Shown here piece after piece: positions 14,038-23,486 of a stretch of DNA of 64,000 nt. Within the stretch, counting starts at the first letter, position 1, and every line of letters begins with the position of its first letter. A program made the position numbers and the translations under genes. The notes beneath the pieces were generated by a model. It saw only the letters and a list, made by a program, of their open reading frames with translations, was not told where the DNA came from and did no database searches. Origin of the DNA: Desulfuromonadales bacterium (GTDB lineage Bacteria; Desulfobacterota; Desulfuromonadia; Desulfuromonadales; JACZKF01); NCBI GenBank assembly GCA_029289095.1, contig JARFUG010000003.1, positions 25,479 to 89,478 of the forward strand, in the 5' to 3' direction.

Positions 14038-16382
14038 CCTCTCTCCATCTCATCTCCTTCCCCTCTTTTTTTGCCCGAGAGCCACCGCCGCAGATACAAG
14101 ATCCCTCCCCCGATGGCGAGCAGAACGATCCCGAGAAACACAATATTGGCGGGCTCCGGCTCGGTGAGGGCTATCCTTAGCCGGTTCTCGAAAATCGTGA
14201 TCGCCAGTATGCCAGGGCCCATTCCGAGCATCGTCCCAAGGAAATAATCACGAAAGTGGATATGACTCGCCCCGGCAACCAGGTTTACGATAGAAAAGGG
14301 GGCGATGGGGAGGAAGCGCACCAGAAGAACAGCGATCACCCCCCGCTGCGCCAACTGCTGGCTAAGCCTGTTGATCTTCGCTCCCGCCAGCCGACGCACC
14401 GTATCTCGGCCCAGAAAGTGGCCCCCTGCATAGGTGAGCGCCGCACTGGCAAGGACTCCCGCAAGAGCATAGAAAAACGCCTGCAGAGGGGCAAACGTCA
14501 GAGCGGTGGCGAAGATCAGGACCGTGACCGGAAAGACGACGATTCCGCCCAGAACGAAGAGAGCGACGACCAGAGCGGGCGCCCAGGGGCTTCCCCGCAC
14601 TGCGACGCCCCAGGCGCGCAACACGTCGAGACTTACCCATTCTCCCAACGGGGTCCATCGCCAGGCTGCCGACAGGGCGAGCATAGCCAGAGCGAATCCG
14701 GCGAGAAGCGCCCATCGTCTTTTCTTCCCTGTGTCCTTTTCGCCGACATCCCTGGAGACGATCTCTTCGACAAATTCCTCGAAAGGCATGGGGCGTTCAG
14801 GATCGAGGATCTGTGCCTCGGGCACGATCTGGTCGAACCATTTGTCTTTTCGTGGGTCGAGCGGCGCCAGAGAACGGCCGGGGCCCCTGAGGGCCTCGAT
14901 CGCCTCAATCAAGGATTCCCCCTCATTAAAAGCGCGGGCGAAATCACCCGGCGGCACTCCCAGGTGTTCCGCCAGAAGGCGGGAGCGGAACTCGCCGATG
15001 GAGAGACGCGTTTCGTTGTTGTCCGCCTCGACCGCCAGATCGCATTCAGTATCAAGACCCATCGATCGGTTGCTGAGATTGGCCGATCCCACGCGCAGGA
15101 GGCGATCATCGACGATCATGATCTTGCTGTGAAGATTGATCGACTTTTCCCCGGGAGCGTCCATTCGAGGGTAGTAGACCCTCAGTTTTCCGAACCTGTC
15201 CGCTTCGAGAAGCTGCCGCAGCATGCGGGCTCGCAGCACCCCCATGGTCGACTCTTCTAGCCATCCCGAGCACTCTTTGGGAAAAACAAGGACGATTTCC
15301 GGGCCGTCCTCCTGCTGGAGGCGCGCCGTGAGCGCGTCGCCTACAACGGCAGAGGTGAAAAACTGGTTCTCGATGTAGATGAAAAATCGGGCGGCCGCTA
15401 TGCTGTCCAGGTAAAGGGTCTCGACTTCGCGGATCTCCGCATGTCCGTTATAGGCCGGCATTGTCCGGACGACGGCCACTCGGACATCGGTGAGATCGGG
15501 ACGAACCCCCGGAGGCCACGGATCATCGATGGGATCGGGAGGCGGATCGAGCATCTCTCCGGTTCGGCGCTTCCAACGGGCGCGGGCCAGGTCGCCTAGA
15601 ACGGATGCGGCGGCGCCGTCGACCATCATCTGAACGTCATGAAAAGGGCCGTAGGCAAGGCCGTGATCGCAGCGACGCGGGTCTTCAGGCAGATGCTCGG
15701 AGGTGTCCCAGCGGCACCCTGCGAGATCGAATCCGCCGACGAAGGCGATGCTGTCGTCGATGACGACGGCCTTCTGGTGATGCGCCCCTCCAACGGGGTG
15801 ACGATCGTCGAGTCGGAAACGGACGCGCCGATGAGTGTTCCAGGCGAATTTGAAAAAGGGGAGGGTTTCGCGCTCCAGGGCATAAAGCATGACGAAATCC
15901 CAGTCCAGGACCTGGATTTTCAGCAAGGGGCGCCTCGACGCCAGTCGGCTGAGGAACTCACGCAGGGGCGGGAAGTGGTAATCTCTTTTTCCATTTCGAA
16001 GCAGTCGGATGCGGCTGTCGATGTCCCATCCGAGGATGAAGACCGAATACTTCGCCCGCCCGAGGGCCGAGGCCAGAGCAGAGAAATACGCTTCACCGTC
16101 GACGAGGAGAGCCGCCCTCCTGCAGGGGGCGATCCGCCAGCAGTTGCGTCCGGGCTGGAGTATCTTCTTGTCCTCCATGTTTTCCCTGTTATTCGGCGGT
16201 GCACAGGCAGTGGAGATGCCGAAGAGAGAATTTTTTTCAGTATAGCAAGTCAGACGCAAGGCGGGTCCCCCGGCCATGACCTTGCCGCATGTGGACGGGG
16301 ATGCCCCTCCCGGAACCTCCCCGGAGTCTGGATAAGACGTTGATATGTCATGGCGGATCCGCTCAGGCAGGGTAATCTTCAC
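14034..16382 (-). CDS. phospholipase D/cardiolipin-synthase-like protein fused to a C-terminal VTT (DedA/TVP38) membrane domain
   Basis: Two HKD motifs (HHQKAVVIDD, NLHSKIMIVDD..GSANLSNRS). The C-terminal roughly 220 aa are polytopic with DedA-like sequence (RFLPIAPFSIVNLVAGAS). The real start is probably the ATG at 16178 (MEDKKIL). Confidence 0.8.
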   Translation of the reverse strand: MKITLPERIRHDISTSYPDSGEVPGGASPSTCGKVMAGGPALRLTCYTEKNSLFGISTACAPPNNRENMEDKKILQPGRNCWRIAPCRRAALLVDGEAYFSALASALGRAKYSVFILGWDIDSRIRLLRNGKRDYHFPPLREFLSRLASRRPLLKIQVLDWDFVMLYALERETLPFFKFAWNTHRRVRFRLDDRHPVGGAHHQKAVVIDDSIAFVGGFDLAGCRWDTSEHLPEDPRRCDHGLAYGPFHDVQMMVDGAAASVLGDLARARWKRRTGEMLDPPPDPIDDPWPPGVRPDLTDVRVAVVRTMPAYNGHAEIREVETLYLDSIAAARFFIYIENQFFTSAVVGDALTARLQQEDGPEIVLVFPKECSGWLEESTMGVLRARMLRQLLEADRFGKLRVYYPRMDAPGEKSINLHSKIMIVDDRLLRVGSANLSNRSMGLDTECDLAVEADNNETRLSIGEFRSRLLAEHLGVPPGDFARAFNEGESLIEAIEALRGPGRSLAPLDPRKDKWFDQIVPEAQILDPERPMPFEEFVEEIVSRDVGEKDTGKKRRWALLAGFALAMLALSAAWRWTPLGEWVSLDVLRAWGVAVRGSPWAPALVVALFVLGGIVVFPVTVLIFATALTFAPLQAFFYALAGVLASAALTYAGGHFLGRDTVRRLAGAKINRLSQQLAQRGVIAVLLVRFLPIAPFSIVNLVAGASHIHFRDYFLGTMLGMGPGILAITIFENRLRIALTEPEPANIVFLGIVLLAIGGGILYLRRWLSGKKRGEGDEMERG

Positions 16383-16421
16383 TATAGGGTAGGATGATCA
16401 GGTCCTGACAGGGAGGCGCCC

Positions 16422-17015
16422 ATGTTCGATCTTCCGATCTTCAACTCCCCCTTTTTTGCGCTCGTCGTCATCCCTCTTCTGATCTTCGTCTCGCGCATTG
16501 TCGATGTGACCTTCGGGACCCTTCGCATCATCTTCGTCTCGCGAGGGCTGCCGTACTTCGCAGCCTTTGTCGGCTTTTTCGAGGTGCTGATCTGGATCGT
16601 CGCCATCGGCCAGGTCATGCAGAATCTCACCAACTGGGTCACCTACGTCGCCTACGCCTTCGGATTCTCCGCCGGCAATTTCGTAGGCGTCGTCATTGAA
16701 CGCAAGCTCGCCATGGGCAATCTCATTGTACGAATCATCACCCGCAGGGAAGCCGACGAACTGGTAAAATTCTTGTGGAAATCGGGGTACGGAGTGACGA
16801 GCGTCGATGCCCGAGGAGAGACCGGACCGGTCAAGGTCATCTTCACCATCGTGAAGCGCAAGAAACTCCCCGAAGTGATCGAAATCATCAAGCGCTACAA
16901 TCCCAACGCCTTCTACTCCATAGAAGACGTTCGCTTCGTGAACGAGACGCTTCAGAGCGCCCCCATGGGCAAGAGAGCTCTTTTCTCCATGCGCTCACTG
17001 CGCAAACGCAAGTAA
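16422..17015 (+). CDS. UPF0316/DUF2179-family membrane protein (YebE-like)
   Basis: Three N-terminal TM helices (RIVDVTFGTLRIIFVSRG), then a soluble DUF2179-like domain (GYGVTSVDARGETGPVKVIFTIV). Confidence 0.7.
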   Translation: MFDLPIFNSPFFALVVIPLLIFVSRIVDVTFGTLRIIFVSRGLPYFAAFVGFFEVLIWIVAIGQVMQNLTNWVTYVAYAFGFSAGNFVGVVIERKLAMGNLIVRIITRREADELVKFLWKSGYGVTSVDARGETGPVKVIFTIVKRKKLPEVIEIIKRYNPNAFYSIEDVRFVNETLQSAPMGKRALFSMRSLRKRK

Positions 17016-17033
17016 CCCCGGAGCAAGGACATA

Positions 17034-17939
17034 ATGGACGAGGTTATTGTTGCCGAGAATCTGCGCAAGGAGTACGGAACGTTCCGGGCCGTCGACGGCA
17101 TTTCCTTCCAGGTGCAGCGAGGAGAGTGTTTCGGCCTGCTCGGACCGAACGGCGCCGGCAAGACGACGACAATCCGCATGCTCTACGGTTTCACGCCCAA
17201 AAGCGCAGGCTCACTGTCGGTTCTTGGCCTCGACCTCGACACCAACCTGCGAACAATCAAGGGGCGTCTGGGCGTCTGCCAGCAGGAAAACACCCTCGAC
17301 CCCGACCTGACGATCGAACAGAACCTGGAGGTCTTCGCCCGCTATTTCGATATCCCGAAGGGGGAGTCCCGCAGACGGGCGGACGAGCTCCTCGCCTTCA
17401 TCGCCCTGGATCATCGGCGGCATGCGAAAATTCCCGAACTCTCCGGGGGCATGATGCGCCGCCTGATGCTCGCGCGGGCGCTCATCAATAACCCCGAGAT
17501 CGTGATTCTGGACGAGCCGACCACGGGGCTCGACCCCCAGTCCCGGCACCAGGTGTGGGATCGGCTTGAGGTTCTCAAAAACCGGGGGCTCTCAATTCTT
17601 CTCACGACACACTACATGGATGAAGCGGCGCGGTTGTGCGACCGCCTCGTCATCATCGATCACGGGCGCATCCTGGTCGAGGGCGAGCCCCGCGCCCTCA
17701 TCCGCCGACATGTGGGGGATCACCTCATCGAGATCGTCGATCCGACCGACCGGCTGTGCACCTACATTAAAAACGAACGGTTGGAGCACGAGAATCTCGG
17801 ATACCGAATGATCGTCTATGCGCAAGAGCAGGGCCTCTATGCGAAGATCTGCTCCCTCGGCGCACAAGGGTGCTCGCTGCGGCAGGCGACGCTGGAGGAC
17901 GTCTTTTTGCGTTTGACGGGGAGGGAACTGCGGGAATGA
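17034..17939 (+). CDS. ABC transporter ATP-binding protein (ABC-2/DrrA/NodI type)
   Basis: Walker A GPNGAGKTT, signature LSGGMMRRL, Walker B IVILDEPT. Confidence 0.9.
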   Translation: MDEVIVAENLRKEYGTFRAVDGISFQVQRGECFGLLGPNGAGKTTTIRMLYGFTPKSAGSLSVLGLDLDTNLRTIKGRLGVCQQENTLDPDLTIEQNLEVFARYFDIPKGESRRRADELLAFIALDHRRHAKIPELSGGMMRRLMLARALINNPEIVILDEPTTGLDPQSRHQVWDRLEVLKNRGLSILLTTHYMDEAARLCDRLVIIDHGRILVEGEPRALIRRHVGDHLIEIVDPTDRLCTYIKNERLEHENLGYRMIVYAQEQGLYAKICSLGAQGCSLRQATLEDVFLRLTGRELRE

Positions 17940-18700
17940 AGGGTGCGTGGAGAGTGTGGCAGCGCAACTGGACGGTCTACCGCCAGACGTGGAGAATCAG
18001 CTTCGTCCCTCCTCTGCTGGAGCCCCTTTTCTATCTGCTCGCCTTCGGCATCGGGCTGAGCGCCCTCATCGGAGAGATCACGTACCGGGGGGTGGGGATC
18101 TCGTACATAGCCTTCATCGCTCCGGCCCTGATCGCCATCAACATCATGCAGAGCGCCTTTTTCGAGAACACCTACGCCTCATTCGTGCGCATGTATTACC
18201 AGAAGACCTTCAACGCCATGCTGGCGACGCCCCTCTCCCTGGAGGAGGTCATCACCGGAGAAATCGTCTGGGGTGCGACCCGGAGTCTTATCGGAACCGC
18301 CATCATGATGGCTGTAATCAGCGCCTTCGGTCTCATCCGCTATCCCGAGGGGCTCCTTCTGCTCCCCCTTGCTCTGCTGGGGGGGCTTGCCTTCGGAGCC
18401 ATCGCCATGCTCTTCACCTCCATCGTCCCCAACATAGAAACCTTCAACCTTCCAATATTTCTTTTCATCACCCCCATGTTTCTGTTCAGCGGCACCTTCT
18501 TTCCCATCGACGCCCTCCCCCCCTGGGCGGGTTCGCTGGCGCAGTTCCTTCCGCTGACGCACCTGGTGCGTCTGGCGCGCGATTTGAGCTACGGACAGAT
18601 CGGACCGGAAGTCTTCGGTTCTCTGGCGTATCTGCTCCTGTTCACTCTGGTCGCCTATCTGCTGGCGCTTCGGGGAATGGCGCGGCGGATCATAAGATAG
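17936..18700 (+). CDS. ABC-2 type transporter permease (NodJ/DrrB-like)
   Basis: ATGA start/stop overlap with the ATPase gene. Six predicted TM helices. The track ORF starts upstream at 17870, but the M at 17936 fits translational coupling. Confidence 0.8.
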   Translation: MKGAWRVWQRNWTVYRQTWRISFVPPLLEPLFYLLAFGIGLSALIGEITYRGVGISYIAFIAPALIAINIMQSAFFENTYASFVRMYYQKTFNAMLATPLSLEEVITGEIVWGATRSLIGTAIMMAVISAFGLIRYPEGLLLLPLALLGGLAFGAIAMLFTSIVPNIETFNLPIFLFITPMFLFSGTFFPIDALPPWAGSLAQFLPLTHLVRLARDLSYGQIGPEVFGSLAYLLLFTLVAYLLALRGMARRIIR

Positions 18701-18742
18701 GAGCCGGGAGAAAGTGCGGCAGGTTCGGAATGCTTCAGCTTT

Positions 18743-19093
18743 TTAGTCATTGAGCTGGAATACGCCCAGCGGGTCCTCGGCCAGGTGTCGCAGGAGCTTG
18801 CCGAGGTCGAGGCAAGGGCCGGCGTTCAGATAGAAACACCAGCGGCCGGAAGAGTCCCGGTAGTGCAGGGACCACTGCCCGAGTTCGAGGCTGAAAACGA
18901 AGCGCGCCAAGGGATGACGCTGCGACCACGGATCGGAAGGGGAGAGGCGACGTTCCCCGAAGAGGGTCGCGGCGCAGCCCTCCATCTCGAAAGTGAAACG
19001 GATCTCTTCGCCCGACGGTGAAAGACTTCGCCGTTCGCAGAATTCGGCCAGGAGGTTCTCGGCATTGCGCCGCACGATTACAGGGAGGAACAT
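18743..19093 (-). CDS. hypothetical protein, DUF3024-like
   Basis: 116-aa ORF downstream of ubiD on the same strand. The motif GQWSLHYRDSSGRWCFY resembles DUF3024 as I recall it; this is a low-certainty assignment. Confidence 0.45.
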   Translation of the reverse strand: MFLPVIVRRNAENLLAEFCERRSLSPSGEEIRFTFEMEGCAATLFGERRLSPSDPWSQRHPLARFVFSLELGQWSLHYRDSSGRWCFYLNAGPCLDLGKLLRHLAEDPLGVFQLND

Positions 19094-19099
19094 CGTCTT

Positions 19100-20941
19100 C
19101 TAGATGATCCCGTGAAGGGGACCGCCGGGAGCGCCGAGTGCATCGATGCGCTTTTCGGCGGCAGGATCGACTTCGAGGGCAGGCGCGTGATGCGGCTTTC
19201 GTCGCGCATCGATCACCAGCGCACCGGTGCACCCCCAGTGCTTGGCGGTCATCGATTCTCCCACGCCGTAGATGTCGCCCGCAGGGTCGGAGCGGGTGAA
19301 GGTCACCCAGACGAAATTATCGATGTTCCTCGCGGTGAACTCGCTGTCATCGGCAACCACGACAAGGGGAAAGGCATTTATCGGGTCGTCCTTTCCAAAA
19401 AAAGAGCAGAAATCGCCCATGACCGGGTCGTTTTCCCCGCGGGGAGCGGCGGCGGGCGGCCCTTCCACAGCCAGTATCCCCGGCAGCACGACGCGGGGAG
19501 CCCCGAAGCCGTCGGGAAGCCGCAGATCGCCGGGGATCTGCGTCGGAAGCTCCCGCCGTTTGGGTCCTGCTGCTGCGACGACCACTTTGGACCCTTCGTT
19601 GAGCCCCGTTCCTGTATAATCGAGGGTATCGATGGTGGTGCGGGTCTGGAAGTGCAGATCGCGCCGCCAGTCGGCGCGCTCCAGGATGTGCCGGAAGAAC
19701 GGCTCGATCTCGTGAAGGTCGAGGGCGGGGGCGTCCTCCTGGGCGGCGATGAAGAGGTACTTGGCGAGGGAGAGCTGCCCCTGTCCAAGAATGGCGTTGG
19801 CCTGGGTGAGAAGCTCTCGGGGCTGGCGCTGCGGTTCGTAAGGAAGATAGCGCTCGCTCCCCATGGCGAGAAGAAGAGGGTGGACGCCGGCGGCGTCCAC
19901 GGCGTGAACGGCGCGCACACCCGGCAGGACGGACGGGATCAGATCGCCGGTGAGCTCATGGATGAAGGCGCCGAAAGAGGTGTCTTCCTGGGGGGGGCGC
20001 CCCACAGTGGTGAATGGCCAGATCGCCCCTGGACGGTGGGTGACCTTCTCCACCTTGAGGACGGGGAAATCGTGGGCGAGGCTGTAATAGCCGAGGTGGT
20101 CTCCGAATGGGCCTTCTGGCAGAGTGCGCTTCGGGTCGACTGTCCCGGTGATGCAGAAATCGGCCTCGGCGACGATGGCGGGCTCTCCCCTTTTCTGGAT
20201 CAACGGGATTCGATGTCCCCCAAGAAGCCCTGCAAAGGCGAGTTCGGGCATCCCCTCGGGCAACGGCATGACGGCGGCGACCGTCAGGCTCGGCGGGCCG
20301 CCGACGAAGATGTTGACCCTGAAAGGGACGCCGCGTTCGAGCGCTTCGGCATGATGAACCCCGATCCCACGGTGGATCTGATAGTGAAGGCCGACCTCCC
20401 GGTTGGGTTCATAGCGGTTGCCGGTAAGCTGCACACGGTACATGCCGAGGTTCGACGCGCGCCAGCCTGGGCGTTCGGGGCTCTCGGAATAGACGATGGG
20501 CAAGGTGATGAAGGCGCCGCCGTCGAGGGGCCAGCTCTTGACCTGGGGGAGCCGGTCGATACTTGTCTGGTGGGCGAGGACCGGTCCGGAACTCACCGTC
20601 CGCGGAAGAAAAGAGAGTCCGCCGCGAGCGGCGTCGAAGACTCCCAGGGGGTTGCGCAAAAGCGAGGCTGGATCGTTCTTGACGGCAACCATGCGGTGAA
20701 TTCTCTCCAGGGTGTCCCGGAAGAGGAAACGGGTGCGATCAAGCGTCCCGAAGAGGTTTCCGAGAAGCGGAAAGGCGCATCCGCGCACGTTGGTGAAAAG
20801 AAGAGCCGGTCCTCCCGACTGATAGACGCGGCGCTGAACGATGCCGATTTCGAGGTTCGGGTCGATTTCGCAGTCGATGCGCACGAGATCGCCCGATTTC
20901 TCCAGATCGCGCACGGCTGAGGCCAGATTTCTATAGCCCAT
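19100..20941 (-). CDS. UbiD-family (prenylated-FMN) decarboxylase, long form (menaquinone biosynthesis decarboxylase type)
   Basis: 613 aa. N-terminus reads DLEKSGDLVRIDCEIDPNLEIGIVQRRVYQSGGPALLF. UbiD-like similarity runs the full length of the protein. Confidence 0.85.
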   Translation of the reverse strand: MGYRNLASAVRDLEKSGDLVRIDCEIDPNLEIGIVQRRVYQSGGPALLFTNVRGCAFPLLGNLFGTLDRTRFLFRDTLERIHRMVAVKNDPASLLRNPLGVFDAARGGLSFLPRTVSSGPVLAHQTSIDRLPQVKSWPLDGGAFITLPIVYSESPERPGWRASNLGMYRVQLTGNRYEPNREVGLHYQIHRGIGVHHAEALERGVPFRVNIFVGGPPSLTVAAVMPLPEGMPELAFAGLLGGHRIPLIQKRGEPAIVAEADFCITGTVDPKRTLPEGPFGDHLGYYSLAHDFPVLKVEKVTHRPGAIWPFTTVGRPPQEDTSFGAFIHELTGDLIPSVLPGVRAVHAVDAAGVHPLLLAMGSERYLPYEPQRQPRELLTQANAILGQGQLSLAKYLFIAAQEDAPALDLHEIEPFFRHILERADWRRDLHFQTRTTIDTLDYTGTGLNEGSKVVVAAAGPKRRELPTQIPGDLRLPDGFGAPRVVLPGILAVEGPPAAAPRGENDPVMGDFCSFFGKDDPINAFPLVVVADDSEFTARNIDNFVWVTFTRSDPAGDIYGVGESMTAKHWGCTGALVIDARRKPHHAPALEVDPAAEKRIDALGAPGGPLHGII

Positions 20942-21132
20942 GGGTCACTCCTTTGAAGCCTTGATGCGTTCGCGAAAACCTTATTTCCACCGGGTGCGCC
21001 ATAAAATTCCTCCAGACCGCTTCCGCGAACGACTGAGCCGCACCATCGCCCTTTACCGCAGATTCGTGCTGTGGCATATTACCGGAGAGCGTAGACTGAG
21101 ACAACGAAAGAGCGATAGGGGAGGGGGAAAAG

Positions 21133-21795
21133 TTGAACCGGATGAAGCACGAAAAGCCGATCGATGTCATTTTCGTGGACGATCATGAGATATTCCACGA
21201 CTGCATCCGTCATCTCTTCGACCTGCAGAGCGACATGAACATGGTGGCGGTGGCCAACAACGGCCGCACCGCCGTGAAACTCGTCCGGGATCTTCTCCCT
21301 GACGTGGTGGTGATGGACATCTCCATGCCGGGGCTCAACGGTATCGACGCCACACGCAGGATTCTCTCCGAATGCCCCCAAATCCGCATCATCGCCCTCT
21401 CCATGCACTCCGAGCGCAACATCATCCTGCAGATTCTACGGGCCGGCGCCCGCGGCTACGTCCTGAAGGACAGCGCCTTCGACGAACTGATCACCGCCAT
21501 TCGCGCCGTCGTGAACCACAACGTCTATCTGAGCCCCAAGATCACTGGGCTTGTTCTGGAGGACCTCCTCAAGGAGGAATCGGAAGATCCCGCCTCTTCG
21601 GCCCTGAGCGTGCGCGAGCGCGAAGTGCTCCAACTCATCGCCGAGGGTCGCAGCACCCGGGAGATCGCAGAAGAACTCAACGTCAGCATCAAGACGGTCG
21701 AGACCCACCGCGCCCAGATCATGAAAAAACTCAAGATCGGCAACCTGGCCGATCTCGTCAAATACGCCGTGCGCGAGGGGCTCACCTCCCTTTGA
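21133..21795 (+). CDS. NarL/LuxR-family response regulator (REC + LuxR HTH)
   Basis: The REC domain has DVVVMDISMPGLNG. The HTH reads LSVREREVLQLIAEGRSTREIAEELNVSIKTVETHR. The ATG at 21142 is an alternative to the TTG at 21133. Confidence 0.9.
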   Translation: MNRMKHEKPIDVIFVDDHEIFHDCIRHLFDLQSDMNMVAVANNGRTAVKLVRDLLPDVVVMDISMPGLNGIDATRRILSECPQIRIIALSMHSERNIILQILRAGARGYVLKDSAFDELITAIRAVVNHNVYLSPKITGLVLEDLLKEESEDPASSALSVREREVLQLIAEGRSTREIAEELNVSIKTVETHRAQIMKKLKIGNLADLVKYAVREGLTSL

Positions 21796-22061
21796 CCTGA
21801 ATCCGTAAGGAGTTACACCTCGCCCCTCTGAATCGTCCCTCGCAATCCCTTCACTTTCAGGGTTTTCCCGAAGCAAAATCAGGGATTCCCCGATGTTCAA
21901 ACGCCCCCCTCCTCTGCTATTACTATCGACACAAAAACGGCACATTCGATTTCTTCTGCGAGAGACGCATTTTATTTTCGGCACTGCCGAAGAAGAAGAG
22001 CGACCGGGGAGGGGCGAGAAACGCCCGTCTTTTTCAGAAGAACCGGTGTGCCGTCTTTTTT

Positions 22062-23486
22062 TCAATCTCCGGGATGCCAGGGGGTGAGATCCGCCTCCCG
22101 GCCGTGCTCGCGGGCCAGGCTCTGGAGCGCTGCGAGACGAAGTCCATCGCTGATGCTCGGATAGACGTGGACGGTGCTCGCCAGATCGTGCACCGACAAC
22201 CCGAACCGCACCGCAAGCGCCGCCTCGTGAATGATGTCGGCCGCCCTGGGCGCCAGCATTTCCACCCCCAGGATCCGCCCCGAACCCCGTTCGCTGCTCA
22301 GCACGATTCCCCCCCGTCGATCGCCGAGAACGTGCGTCTTTGCGACCTTCTGAAGATCGAGCCACGACTCGATGATCTCTTTTCCCTCGCTGCGCCCCCG
22401 TTCCGCTGAGAGTCCGACGCCGGCGAATTCCGGATCGGTAAAGACCGCCATCGGGGTGTTGCGATGATCGATTCGCCGGTGCGCTTCAGGATCGAGCATG
22501 TTCTCCACGGCGATTTCCCCCTCGCGAACTCCGGCTGGTGCAATGAGCGGGGGACCGGTGCAGTCTCCGGCCGCCCAGATGTTGGGCGCGGTGGTGCGCA
22601 TCTCTTCATCGGTGGAGATGAAGCCGGCTTCGTCGGTCGCCACGCCCGCCTCCTCGAGACCGATATCGCGGGTGGCCGGAACGGTCCCCACTGCCAGCAT
22701 GATCCGCTCGGCTCGCAGTTCGATTTCCTCCCCTTCGCGCGTCGCCACGAGACAGACATCTTCGCCGTCCCGATAAACCCTCTGCGCCTCCAGCCCATAG
22801 TAAAGCTCCACCCCCTCCTCCCGAAGGATTCCCTCGAAAATCGCCGTGAGCCTGGGATCGAAATCCTTGAGCACCCGATCGCCCCGCTCGACGAGCGTCA
22901 CCCGGACGCCGAAGCGGCTGAACATCTGTCCCAGTTCGAGAGCAACCACCCCTCCTCCGATGATGATCAGGGATCGGGGAAAACATTTCAGGCGAAGCGC
23001 TGAATAGCTGGTCAGGTAGTCGACATCGGTGAGCCCGGGAATGCGCAGCGTCCTCGGCACTCCACCGCATGCCACGAGAAATCTGTCCGACACGAGCACT
23101 TCGGCCCCTACCTGCAGTTCCCGGGGCGAGAGAAATCGGCCGTGTCCCCGCAACACGTCGATGAGGGGGTTGGCCTCCAGCACCTTCTGATAGCTCTCGC
23201 GCCGCAACACATCGACCGCGTCCTGCTTGGAGCGCATCAGACGGACGCAGTCCGGCGGCGCCTCCCGCAGGTTCACACCGTATGGTTCGCCGCGCCGCGC
23301 CTCGAAGCGCATCTCCGCCTTGGCGATCAAGGTTTTGCTCGGGATGCATCCCCAGTTGACGCACGTTCCCCCCAACTGACTCTGTTCCACCATCAGGACC
23401 TTCGCCCCCATCTCGGCCCCCTTCAGGGCGCCCGCAAAGGCGGTCGTCCCCGATCCGAGGATGACGAAGTCGTATGGGGCGCTCAT
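22062..23486 (-). CDS. class-I pyridine nucleotide-disulfide oxidoreductase (dihydrolipoyl dehydrogenase/MerA-like flavoprotein)
   Basis: GSGTTAFAGA FAD-binding fold and redox-active GGTCVNWGCIPSK. No NmerA domain and no C-terminal Cys pair. Confidence 0.8.
   Translation of the reverse strand: MSAPYDFVILGSGTTAFAGALKGAEMGAKVLMVEQSQLGGTCVNWGCIPSKTLIAKAEMRFEARRGEPYGVNLREAPPDCVRLMRSKQDAVDVLRRESYQKVLEANPLIDVLRGHGRFLSPRELQVGAEVLVSDRFLVACGGVPRTLRIPGLTDVDYLTSYSALRLKCFPRSLIIIGGGVVALELGQMFSRFGVRVTLVERGDRVLKDFDPRLTAIFEGILREEGVELYYGLEAQRVYRDGEDVCLVATREGEEIELRAERIMLAVGTVPATRDIGLEEAGVATDEAGFISTDEEMRTTAPNIWAAGDCTGPPLIAPAGVREGEIAVENMLDPEAHRRIDHRNTPMAVFTDPEFAGVGLSAERGRSEGKEIIESWLDLQKVAKTHVLGDRRGGIVLSSERGSGRILGVEMLAPRAADIIHEAALAVRFGLSVHDLASTVHVYPSISDGLRLAALQSLAREHGREADLTPWHPGD

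Noticed and set aside
16179-16382. 68-aa N-terminal extension of the PLD-VTT ORF
   Set aside because: The extension has no PLD similarity or hydrophobic signal, and it would leave only 40 bp to the divergent gene. The conserved PLD N-terminus begins near MEDKKILQPGRNCW (ATG at 16178). I kept it inside the reported coordinates only as the maximal ORF.
19112-20920. Long antisense ORFs opposite well-supported genes. This one lies opposite ubiD. Others: 23474-24724, 32936-34492, 34426-35475, 35755-37188, 37713-39290, 41939-43501, 48829-50211, 54591-55799, 56250-57212, 57526-58491.
   Set aside because: Each is the mirror frame of a gene with unmistakable family motifs (UbiD, ACAD, CysS, CheB, CheA, MCP, GlnS, DnaK, MrpD). 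They have no recognisable domains and show the compositional bias of GC-rich antisense frames.
21796-22061. Possible small gene (64-aa ORF 21893-22087) or ncRNA in the 266-bp spacer after the response regulator
   Set aside because: The ORF lacks an SD and has implausible composition. Only a weak 5-bp hairpin + T-run (22012-22034) is visible, which is insufficient for an ncRNA or confident terminator call.
21436-22365. 309-aa minus-strand ORF spanning the response-regulator gene and the intergenic region
   Set aside because: It overlaps the clearly real NarL-type regulator in antisense and then runs through the spacer. Its product is Arg/Gly/Ser-rich without domains.
22062-23486. Possible mercuric reductase MerA
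   Set aside because: Only the generic class-I CXXXXC redox motif is present. There is no N-terminal NmerA (GMTCXXC) domain, no C-terminal Cys-Cys pair, and no merR/merT/merP neighbours.
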